Part shown: positions 28,909-37,066 of the stretch, piece after piece
Layout: each line of letters starts with the position of its first letter
Numbering within the stretch: position 1 is the first letter of the stretch
Assembly: GCA_038845265.1 (NCBI GenBank)
Contig: JAWBQR010000006.1
Span: 1-64,000, forward strand
Direction of reading: 5' to 3'
Length of the DNA stretch: 64,000 nt
Source: Nitrososphaerota archaeon
GTDB taxonomy: Archaea > Thermoproteota > Nitrososphaeria_A > Caldarchaeales > Calditenuaceae
Position numbers and translations under genes: made by a program
Notes under the pieces: model-generated
What the model was told of the DNA's origin: nothing
Seen by the model: the letters and a program-made list of their open reading frames with translations, nothing else
Databases searched by the model: none

Positions 28909-29870
28909 TTCTTCTTAACCAAACCGTACAGAAAACCAAGAGCATAAGCAAGATGATGCAATGGAAAAAACGCCATCATAATCGGTAATGCCACAAAATC
29001 ATGATTTTTCCCACAAACACGAATCGACTCAAAACATAAAGCACAAAAGTACGACACAACCAAAGCTATCCACGAAAGAACAGGAACAACTCCAAAAATA
29101 GACAATACGCCTAACGATGAAAAAGCCATCAAACCGGCCGACGGCAAAATAAAGACAAGCTTAAAAGAGTCTGGAAATCTTTTAACCATCATAGCCCTCC
29201 CACGACCATATCTAAAAACCTGAAGCATATGCCCAAAAAATCCCCTCCTTTTGTGATATGCAACGAAACTAGGATCATACAATAGAGAGTAGCCTAGCTT
29301 TGATATTTTGTGAAGAAGAATATTTTCTTCGGCTGGGTAGATGTCTTCTGGAAAGCCCCCAGCCTCTAAAAATGCCTTACGACGCACCATTAAATTACAT
29401 CCAGTTAGCATCCTTTCATCTACATGGCGCGGGCCATTCATAGCTCTATATCTCCACCTCATTACAGACGAGCCTATAGGAGAGGAAAGCACATAACCGC
29501 TGCATCTCTCCCACACATTGGCTGGATTCATAGTCAGGTTAGGTCCCCCCACGGCACCAACCCTCTCATCACTAAAATGTCTAGACACCTTATCCAACAC
29601 TCTAAAATCTATCACAACATCGTCATCCAAGAATAGCAGCAGCTCACCCTTACTTTTACTAACACCTAGGTTGCGATTTGCTCCAGCTGTCCCTCCAGTT
29701 ACAACTAGTACTTCTATATTATCCATCTTTGCAAGCTCATCACTTCTCTCCAACAATAACACTTTTTTCCTCGTACTGGCAATTATCATTGACACACTTG
29801 GGCTCCTCCCTATACTGTGAAAAACTACGGAGGGCTCTTGTATTTCCGTCAACATGCTGTATAATGACAA
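28905..29870 (-). CDS. Glycosyltransferase family 2 with C-terminal TM helices
   Basis: ANRNLG, LLFLDDD (DxD), GAVGGP, GCNLMVRR, GGFPE...AEE, YGRGRA, then 2-3 TM helices. Confidence 0.9.
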   Translation of the reverse strand: MSLYSMLTEIQEPSVVFHSIGRSPSVSMIIASTRKKVLLLERSDELAKMDNIEVLVVTGGTAGANRNLGVSKSKGELLLFLDDDVVIDFRVLDKVSRHFSDERVGAVGGPNLTMNPANVWERCSGYVLSSPIGSSVMRWRYRAMNGPRHVDERMLTGCNLMVRRKAFLEAGGFPEDIYPAEENILLHKISKLGYSLLYDPSFVAYHKRRGFFGHMLQVFRYGRGRAMMVKRFPDSFKLVFILPSAGLMAFSSLGVLSIFGVVPVLSWIALVVSYFCALCFESIRVCGKNHDFVALPIMMAFFPLHHLAYALGFLYGLVKKK

Positions 29871-29952
29871 AGAGGGTTTAAAATATTAGCGTAGCTATAT
29901 GCGGCGGTAAATCTTAAGGTAAGACGCTTAGGCTACTGGTTGAAGATGGTGT

Positions 29953-30336
29953 TTAGACTCGTCCTACTAATAGGGCGCCAATAACTATCAGTAGGACTCC
30001 AACCCACTGCTGAATAGTTACGGTCTCCCTCAGCAAAAAGTAGCCAACGAGCAAGATAGAGGCTATGGACATCGAGAGAAAGAACCGACCCAGCATTACG
30101 CCCATGTCAATATAGACCCAGTAGCTTAGAACCGCGACGGCGAAGCCTGTAACCATGGCCAATACGAACCATCTATTGAAGAAGAGCGTAAGCAGGAACC
30201 TCGCAGAGACCTCGGGCTGACCCAACTCCCTGGTTACAAGTCCCCAAAAGAGTGTATTCAGACCCACAAGCACAACAACCAGAAAGCCGATAAACCAGTG
30301 CGCTGATGCCAAAAGCCCACCCCTTCCAATACTCAC
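29953..30336 (-). CDS. Small DMT/EamA-like membrane protein (ArnE/F-like candidate flippase)
   Basis: 127 aa with 4 TM helices and the DMT C-terminal motif FLLRETVTIQQWVGVLLIVIG. Confidence 0.72.
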   Translation of the reverse strand: MSIGRGGLLASAHWFIGFLVVVLVGLNTLFWGLVTRELGQPEVSARFLLTLFFNRWFVLAMVTGFAVAVLSYWVYIDMGVMLGRFFLSMSIASILLVGYFLLRETVTIQQWVGVLLIVIGALLVGRV

Positions 30337-30432
30337 CCACCATTAGCCATAAATATATCCTTCAAGCATCGATAACCGAAGACAGCCGCTAAGAATTTAT
30401 ATCGAATACTCTAGTATTTCGCAACGAGCAGT

Positions 30433-31803
30433 TTGCAGACTCGTAGGAAGATGGCAGTTATGCTCGGAGTAATCGTCATCCTAGGCTTTGCTATACGGTT
30501 TAGCGTCTGGGTTTACCCCATGTATGGTGCACAGGGCCTAATTATCTTCGACACAGGCGCTTATCCAATATTCGGGCTTTCATACATCCAAGCCCTCACG
30601 TCAATGAACCTATCAGCCCTAGCCAGGATAAACGTAGGTGTCCCACCTCTTGGCATGCTCCTAACAGGCCTAACTACACAAGCCTTCGGGCAACACATAG
30701 GTCCAATCCAAGCAAGCCTAATCCCACCAATAACCGCCTCAGCACTAACAGCCATCCCCGCCTACATGATCGCTAAGAAAATCCATCCCAAACACTCTTT
30801 AATCCCATCAATAATAGTCGCTATGGACCCATTCCTCATCCAATTCTCCGCCACCTACCTAGACTCTATCGGAACACTCTTCGCCCTCACATCAGTCGCC
30901 TTCGCCATAAACCACAGCGACAGAAGGTCATTCATCCTAGCGGTTCTATTCGCATCACTCGCAGCCCTCTCTAAGCTAACCTTCGCAGTCTTCATAGCGG
31001 TTTACGGCATCCTCCTAGTGCTGTTAAGACAAATGAGCCTAAAGAGGGGAGCTGTCTACATTCTGGTCCCCGCAGCATCGCTATTCCTAAGCCCTTGGGC
31101 TTGGACGCCAACCACCCTGCAGGAAGGCGTCACAGGAAACATCCAGTTCAACAACCTCCCCCTCTCACCTTTACTGGGTCCCTTCGCAATAGGCATCCCC
31201 CAATCCCTCCCATGGTACATACTTTCATATTTCGGCTTGGGGCAGGTCTTCTGGAATACGCTTCCATTCATCTCTCCGTTGATACTTCTATTCATGATTG
31301 TTTATAGATTCTTCAAGAGAGAGTTATATCTACCATTGATGCCGAGCATAGCTACTTCAGCAATGATACTCACGATCTTCCTACTGCCTAGGAATTACTG
31401 GACATATTCTTGGGCAGGAGGAGCAGTCCAGGGCATCTTGTCCAGGCAGTTTTATCCATACTACTTCTATCCGACAGGACCATTCATAGCAGTCCTCGCA
31501 GGAATACTACTATCGGGGCGTCACGATAATAGTGTCAAGTCTAGGCTCTTGTCTTATCCAATTTTTATGGCGGCACTGGTCTCGCCTATGGCAGTCATCA
31601 TGAATCTAGGCCTGCCCTACTGGGACTTCATCTTCACGATAATCTATAACCTCACAGCCGGACAATTCATACTTGAAGGAATAATAGCAACACTCATCAC
31701 TACGGCTATGCTAGTAGTCCTGCTGCTCGTCACGGAGAAGCTGTATAGAAGCATAACCGCTGAATTTATGGAGCCCCGCAAGCAACAAACTGCAGGACAG
31801 TAG
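30433..31803 (+). CDS. GT-C fold membrane glycosyltransferase (PMT/ArnT-like)
   Basis: First loop after TM1 has IFDTGAY...VPPLG. Also AMDPFLIQFS..YLD and LAALSKLT; about 12 TM helices. Confidence 0.72.
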   Translation: MQTRRKMAVMLGVIVILGFAIRFSVWVYPMYGAQGLIIFDTGAYPIFGLSYIQALTSMNLSALARINVGVPPLGMLLTGLTTQAFGQHIGPIQASLIPPITASALTAIPAYMIAKKIHPKHSLIPSIIVAMDPFLIQFSATYLDSIGTLFALTSVAFAINHSDRRSFILAVLFASLAALSKLTFAVFIAVYGILLVLLRQMSLKRGAVYILVPAASLFLSPWAWTPTTLQEGVTGNIQFNNLPLSPLLGPFAIGIPQSLPWYILSYFGLGQVFWNTLPFISPLILLFMIVYRFFKRELYLPLMPSIATSAMILTIFLLPRNYWTYSWAGGAVQGILSRQFYPYYFYPTGPFIAVLAGILLSGRHDNSVKSRLLSYPIFMAALVSPMAVIMNLGLPYWDFIFTIIYNLTAGQFILEGIIATLITTAMLVVLLLVTEKLYRSITAEFMEPRKQQTAGQ

Positions 31804-33073
31804 TCGAGTTGCTTGACTTAAGAAGCTCCGCCTCTAATAACTTGCAGAGATAATAAACTCCTTCTGCAACTGGCGTAGAGATAGAGGAAGAATCATAATG
31901 ATCTCCTGTCGCCTCTCCGACCGCGCTTAGAATTCTTATCTGATACGTGAAGTATCCTCCAAAGTCATTGGTGATCGTAGCATTGAGCGAGACGTAACCA
32001 ATATACGATTCCCCAGGGGAGAGTCTCTCAATAGTCATCCTGCTTGTCGATGGCGAAAGTGTAGCTCCAATACTGCTGGATGTAAATTCTAATCTGATTT
32101 TTCGCAGCGGCTCAGTGTTGTTTCCAAGCGAGACGATGAACGGTATCCTAACTATTACAGATGATTCACCTGTCTCATTCTTAAGGACAACCATGCTGCT
32201 CGTCTGTGTCAGCTTAACCCTTAGTGGTAATGGTCTATCCACTTCCAGAACATTTGAACCACCGACCTTAACTACTACGTTTGAATCAACAATTACTCTT
32301 ATCGGGCTCGGCAGGACGTTTGCCTCGCCTGTCCATCTATCTCCACTCCATTCCTGGCTGACAACGGATATTGTGTATACGCCTGGAGCCACATTGAAGA
32401 CGAATAGGTCCTCTAGGTCGTCGATTCTTGAGGCCACCATCGCCTGCTCGGCGCTTCCCCTGCAGCCCTCTGTGAACTCTTCGCTGTTTAGTGAGACGCA
32501 GCCATATACTTTGGTTGTTCTGGGGTCGGTCACCACGTTTACCCTCACTACGTATCTGTATCCGAGGCTCATGTTTGATAGCTGGACCATTAGTAGGTAG
32601 GGAAGCCTATTCGGGCCTATTGATTCAGGGGTTACAAAGCTATTTCCCCGGAGAGTGGGCGCCCTAATCACAACTGTCTCGTACGGCTCGACATAGAAGT
32701 TTATCGGCTCCATGATGTATTCGCCTGGAGCCAGTTTATACTGCCTGTCTACTCGCTGAAGCCCTATCCTAGTACTCTCTACGTAGAGTGTCGGGACGTT
32801 TATCTCGATTGGCCCACGATTACCAATTATGAGGAATAACTGTCTTCTACCAAATGTGTCAAGTTCTGGAGGCTGGAGCGTGACTCTAATATCGAGCTTC
32901 TCATTTAGTTTCTCAACCTCGAACTGCAGTCTCCTGGCCACCTCATCCATAAACAGTGTCTGAATGCTCTGCATAAAGACCCACATAGGAATCATCACGG
33001 TGAAGAAAATCATTATGGCTATAGCGGCACCAACTACTGCCGAGACTCCAGCTCTTCTCCTCCTATCCCTCAT
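31766..33073 (-). CDS. Large pilin-like protein (class III signal peptide)
   Basis: RRRRAG|VSAVVGAAIAIMIFF, EKLNEKL, I.N.G pilin-type motif, beta-rich domains and many N-x-S/T sequons. Confidence 0.8.
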   Translation of the reverse strand: MRDRRRRAGVSAVVGAAIAIMIFFTVMIPMWVFMQSIQTLFMDEVARRLQFEVEKLNEKLDIRVTLQPPELDTFGRRQLFLIIGNRGPIEINVPTLYVESTRIGLQRVDRQYKLAPGEYIMEPINFYVEPYETVVIRAPTLRGNSFVTPESIGPNRLPYLLMVQLSNMSLGYRYVVRVNVVTDPRTTKVYGCVSLNSEEFTEGCRGSAEQAMVASRIDDLEDLFVFNVAPGVYTISVVSQEWSGDRWTGEANVLPSPIRVIVDSNVVVKVGGSNVLEVDRPLPLRVKLTQTSSMVVLKNETGESSVIVRIPFIVSLGNNTEPLRKIRLEFTSSSIGATLSPSTSRMTIERLSPGESYIGYVSLNATITNDFGGYFTYQIRILSAVGEATGDHYDSSSISTPVAEGVYYLCKLLEAELLKSSNSTTVLQFVACGAP

Positions 33074-33074
33074 C

Positions 33075-33779
33075 TCATCCTGCCCCCTCCGTCTTTGTGA
33101 CAGTCGTCCTAGTTGTTACAGTGGTTGAGCCTGTGATTGTTGTTGTTGTGGTAGTTGTAATGGTCGTGCTGGATGGAGTGGTTATACTAGATACTATTGT
33201 AGTAGTAGTTGTTGTTGGATTAGCGATTGTCGTTGTAGTCGTTGTGGGGACGGTTGTTGATGTAACTCCTGAGACAGTGGTCGTTAATGTTATGGTAACT
33301 GTGGATGGAGTGTAAATTGTTGTGGAGCGAGTTATCCAAGATGTCGATGTAGTAGTCCGTCTAGTCAACAATGTTATGTAATAATTTACCGTACTAGTCG
33401 TGGTTCTACTAGTAGTGGTTGTAGTCGTTGCAGTGGTACGAGTAATAACAGTTGACGTTCCCGTCTTAGTGGTCGTAGTAGAGCTTAGTGTTCTTGTTAT
33501 TGTCGTGGTGGTTGTTCCAGACTTCACTGTCTGCGTGGAGGTAGTCGTGGTTGAGTAAGTATTGTAAGTAGTGTATGTCGATGTTACTGTAGTCGAGGTG
33601 GTGATTGTTCCGCCAGTAACTGTTTCTGTAGTTGTCTCCGTTACCCAAACAGTCTCTGTCAATGTCTCCGTCTCAGTGACGTAGACTATTCTCTGAGCGA
33701 GAACACTCGTGGCGCCGAACAATAAGACAACAAATATAGCGAGCATGCATATTCTCGCAAATAATTTATTTAGATCCAA
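33075..33779 (-). CDS. Secreted threonine-rich protein
   Basis: Sec-type signal peptide (…ATSVLA|QR), then about 205 aa that are roughly half Thr. Tightly packed in the pilin operon; the DNA is not a simple tandem repeat. Confidence 0.78.
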   Translation of the reverse strand: MDLNKLFARICMLAIFVVLLFGATSVLAQRIVYVTETETLTETVWVTETTTETVTGGTITTSTTVTSTYTTYNTYSTTTTSTQTVKSGTTTTTITRTLSSTTTTKTGTSTVITRTTATTTTTTSRTTTSTVNYYITLLTRRTTTSTSWITRSTTIYTPSTVTITLTTTVSGVTSTTVPTTTTTTIANPTTTTTTIVSSITTPSSTTITTTTTTTITGSTTVTTRTTVTKTEGAG

Positions 33780-35698
33780 TTATGCCACCTCCTTTTAACA
33801 AATCTCACTATTGGGTAAGTAAAGAAGGATGCAAGCGACAGATAGACAAATACAAGTCCAGTAGTGCCCCAATATCCAATCGGTGAGTAAGCGGCATCTT
33901 GTGGCAGATTAGCCCCACGAGGGGTCGGTGTAACTGTTGTCGTAACAGTGATGGTCACGGTTCTAGTAACACTTGTGTAAACGGTCGATGTAATCGTCCT
34001 AGTATATGTATATGTTGGTGAGTACCTGGTCGTTGTTGAAGTCGTGGTCATAGTAACAGTCGGGCTAATAATACTAATCGTAACTGTTGAAACAGGCCTA
34101 GATGTGTAAATAGACGTGTAAACAGTCACTGTTCTATACACAGTCACGGTCTGAGTAGGACTAGTTATCGTATATGTCAGTGTTGTTGTACGTGGAACGG
34201 TAGTCGTAATAGTAGTGGTGTAGCTCGTCGTTGTCAAAGTCCTAGTAGTCGTAGTCGTTTTCCAGCTCGTGATTGTTGATGTTCTCCAAATCGTACTCCT
34301 ACTAGTAGTAGTTGTGACTGGAGTAGTCCTTGTCGTGGTTGTCGTGGTCCAAGCAGTAAATGTACTAGTCGTGCTGGGAGTAGTAATAGTAGTAGTCGAG
34401 GTCAGAGTTGTTGTTGTCGGAGCAGTTGTAGAGACCGTAGACGTTGTTGTAGAAGTGACAGTCCTGGCTGGAAGCGTGGTCGTCGTAGTCAAGGTCGTGG
34501 TAGCAGTGGTCGTCGTAGTCACGGTAGTCGTCGTTGTCACGGTCACCACTGGAGTAACATCAGTCGTGGTAATTACTACCCAGCCGATATCAAGGATATT
34601 TACCGGACGACTAAGAACCAAGCTATACTGCTCAATAAACACTACCAGTCCTCCAAGACTAATTGTGACGTTTAATCTCCCAGTAGCCGCCACATTGCCG
34701 TAACAATCATAAATAGTGACGTCAAGCTGGTAATTACCTGAGTCGTAGTAACCAATGGATAATATCACTTCATCTACTCTAAAGTTCTCGAGGTCAACTC
34801 GAAGCTTCATATAATCAATAAAAGTGCCATAATCATTTGGATAATTCCAATGGGGAGGAATAACTGTCAGTGCAGGGTCAGGGGAGCTCAGAAGAACGTA
34901 AAGAGGAGGCTCCAGACCACTCTTATCAAGCGTCACATAGACCTCCTGCGGCAGCCTACCCACGACTTCTACCTCGCCATAAGCAGTGACGCCATTCTTA
35001 TCACGCACTTCAACACTTAGTGGAATTATCGGTAGCACGGTGCTCGAGTTCAATACTCTTAGCTTAATCACGTCAGCCATAGTGCCGAATTCATTTGTCT
35101 CCTTTGGGTCTACGACCTCGACTAATACCCAGTTCTCAGTCGGTATAACACAGCCACTAGAAAGTCCATATGACGGGGGATCTGCCTTAAAACTCTCAAC
35201 CTTGAATAATACAGTCTCATAGTCAGGTTTAATAAGCCTGGGGTCAGAGGGGTTGAAGAGATCAGCAGGGACATAGTGTACCTGAACTATAATAGGGTCA
35301 CCCTCTCTACAGAGACTAGCAGGACAAACAAACTCATATTGCTGGTATTGACCGACGTCCAGACGCATCAGCTCCTCTATTCCAGTATCATGCACGATCG
35401 TGCCATTCCTAATAGTAAGTGTACGGAAAACAACGATCGGAACAGAACCAACGTTCCTAAGCATCATCAATCCTCTGCCACCGCCAACATGTACTTTGTC
35501 TGGAAAATAGACATAATCGGCACTGATCTTTGACCTAAGAACTAGTGCCTGTTCACTCACTTTTTCGATTTTTTCTTGTCGCCAGATTCCGGCATAACTT
35601 GAGAGGAAAGCCCAGAGACCTATGCCGGCAGAAAGGACAAGGGCAAGAATAATAACCGTGGCCAGTATATCGCTGTAGCCATGGTTATTTCGCGTCAT
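33770..35698 (-). CDS. Large pilin-like protein with Thr-rich stalk and C-terminal TM anchor
   Basis: HG|YSDILATVIILALVL class III-like signal, LRNVGS motif, about 380-aa globular part, about 210-aa Thr-rich segment, then TM + VRFVKRRW. Confidence 0.8.
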   Translation of the reverse strand: MTRNNHGYSDILATVIILALVLSAGIGLWAFLSSYAGIWRQEKIEKVSEQALVLRSKISADYVYFPDKVHVGGGRGLMMLRNVGSVPIVVFRTLTIRNGTIVHDTGIEELMRLDVGQYQQYEFVCPASLCREGDPIIVQVHYVPADLFNPSDPRLIKPDYETVLFKVESFKADPPSYGLSSGCVIPTENWVLVEVVDPKETNEFGTMADVIKLRVLNSSTVLPIIPLSVEVRDKNGVTAYGEVEVVGRLPQEVYVTLDKSGLEPPLYVLLSSPDPALTVIPPHWNYPNDYGTFIDYMKLRVDLENFRVDEVILSIGYYDSGNYQLDVTIYDCYGNVAATGRLNVTISLGGLVVFIEQYSLVLSRPVNILDIGWVVITTTDVTPVVTVTTTTTVTTTTTATTTLTTTTTLPARTVTSTTTSTVSTTAPTTTTLTSTTTITTPSTTSTFTAWTTTTTTRTTPVTTTTSRSTIWRTSTITSWKTTTTTRTLTTTSYTTTITTTVPRTTTLTYTITSPTQTVTVYRTVTVYTSIYTSRPVSTVTISIISPTVTMTTTSTTTRYSPTYTYTRTITSTVYTSVTRTVTITVTTTVTPTPRGANLPQDAAYSPIGYWGTTGLVFVYLSLASFFTYPIVRFVKRRWHNWI

Positions 35699-36843
35699 GC
35701 TTCCTCAATCCTCACTTCGACTTTATACACATTCTCCATTCCTACCGCGGGACTAATATCGATAAACACAGAGTCAGAGTATATCCCAGTCGGGAAATTA
35801 ACTGTGACGCTTCCCTGACCAACCGCCATATCTCGGCAATCATAAATCGTGACCACTACTCTATATCTACCACCAACTGCATCATTTACACCCAGTTCAA
35901 CCTCCACTACATCTACAAATTTCTCTGCATCATACCAAAGCGTAACGCCAGATACGTGTGCCTTCCCCGGCAATCCTCCTATAATCCATTCACGCTGTAT
36001 AACGTCAAAACCCGTAGCGCTGATCTCGATGATTAGGGGCACCTGAAATCCACTGAATGGACCAGTAAAGCTCTGAAGAGAATTACTTATACTCTTAATA
36101 TAAGTCGAGGCGTATGCGACTTCGCCGCTTGAATTAGTGACCCTGATAGTAGCATCAACATCTGCTAGTGATGATGCCATCGGTGTTCTTATGTATATCT
36201 TGTTGAATGGAGGCCCAGGTATCTTTCCACTGCTAAAGTAGGTAACGGGGTCAACAATGTTGACCATCATCCAATTCTCAGGCAATGGACATACAGAAAC
36301 TACTCCACTCTCAGGAAATACGAAAAGTGTCTCCGAGAACCTCATCTCATCAACAGAGATCTGCGGATTACTTTCATCAAATAATGAGGAGGCAATATAC
36401 CAAATCCGCATTCTAAGTCTTTCTTTTGATTGACATGTGGGGCATGGCGGTACAAGGTCAGGACCAAGCACAGCGGCTTGGCCAGGCTCCACCCTAGTCA
36501 AGTTATCGTACCCAATACCCGTAACTGGTCTATAATCCCTAATTTGGCCATCCATTGAGACAATTTCTATCCGCGTAATTGTGAGCGGCACCCTAGCGAT
36601 GTTCCTTACAGTAACGGAGCGCCACGTAGATGTATAATTAACAAACTCAAAAGAAAGCTGAGAAGAAGTCTTGATGAGCAAAATATCTCTATTTACATTT
36701 TTAGTTAAGTCATAGAGCGAGACGCCGAACCATCCCGTAGCAAAACCCCAAACCACTATGCCCAACGCTACCGTTGCACTAGCAAGTATAATAGCACCAA
36801 GGACAGTATCGCCAGATTTCCTTTTAGTTTTCATTCTCCCCAT
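35695..36843 (-). CDS. Large pilin-like protein, paralogue of the globular part of 33770-35698
   Basis: KRKS|GDTVLGAIILASATVALG. VRNIA, CPTC, CPLPENWMMVNIVDP and VTIYDC match motifs in the downstream gene. Confidence 0.8.
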   Translation of the reverse strand: MGRMKTKRKSGDTVLGAIILASATVALGIVVWGFATGWFGVSLYDLTKNVNRDILLIKTSSQLSFEFVNYTSTWRSVTVRNIARVPLTITRIEIVSMDGQIRDYRPVTGIGYDNLTRVEPGQAAVLGPDLVPPCPTCQSKERLRMRIWYIASSLFDESNPQISVDEMRFSETLFVFPESGVVSVCPLPENWMMVNIVDPVTYFSSGKIPGPPFNKIYIRTPMASSLADVDATIRVTNSSGEVAYASTYIKSISNSLQSFTGPFSGFQVPLIIEISATGFDVIQREWIIGGLPGKAHVSGVTLWYDAEKFVDVVEVELGVNDAVGGRYRVVVTIYDCRDMAVGQGSVTVNFPTGIYSDSVFIDISPAVGMENVYKVEVRIEEA

Positions 36844-37066
36844 GAATAGTTAACTCTTGCTTTAAGTAATTACCGGAAATATTTAAATATTTAATAATCG
36901 AATAAAAATCGAGTACGTATCTTCCAAAAACTTTCAATAAGAAAATTGCAAAAAACAATATATGATAATTTGTAACATTGTTTTTGGCCACTTGTTAATA
37001 TGTTTTAAAAACATTTTAATATAGCCCGGCCCAAAGATAATAATAGTCGTTGAGGAAGGGGAAAGA

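Noticed and set aside
33075-34560. Thr tracts as CRISPR, tandem DNA repeat or DGR variable region
   Set aside because: No fixed repeat unit or spacers, codons are diversified, and there are no cas or reverse transcriptase genes.
33097-34703. Val-rich + strand ORFs (33097-33315, 34269-34703)
   Set aside because: Antisense shadows of Thr (ACN) codon tracts; no independent evidence.
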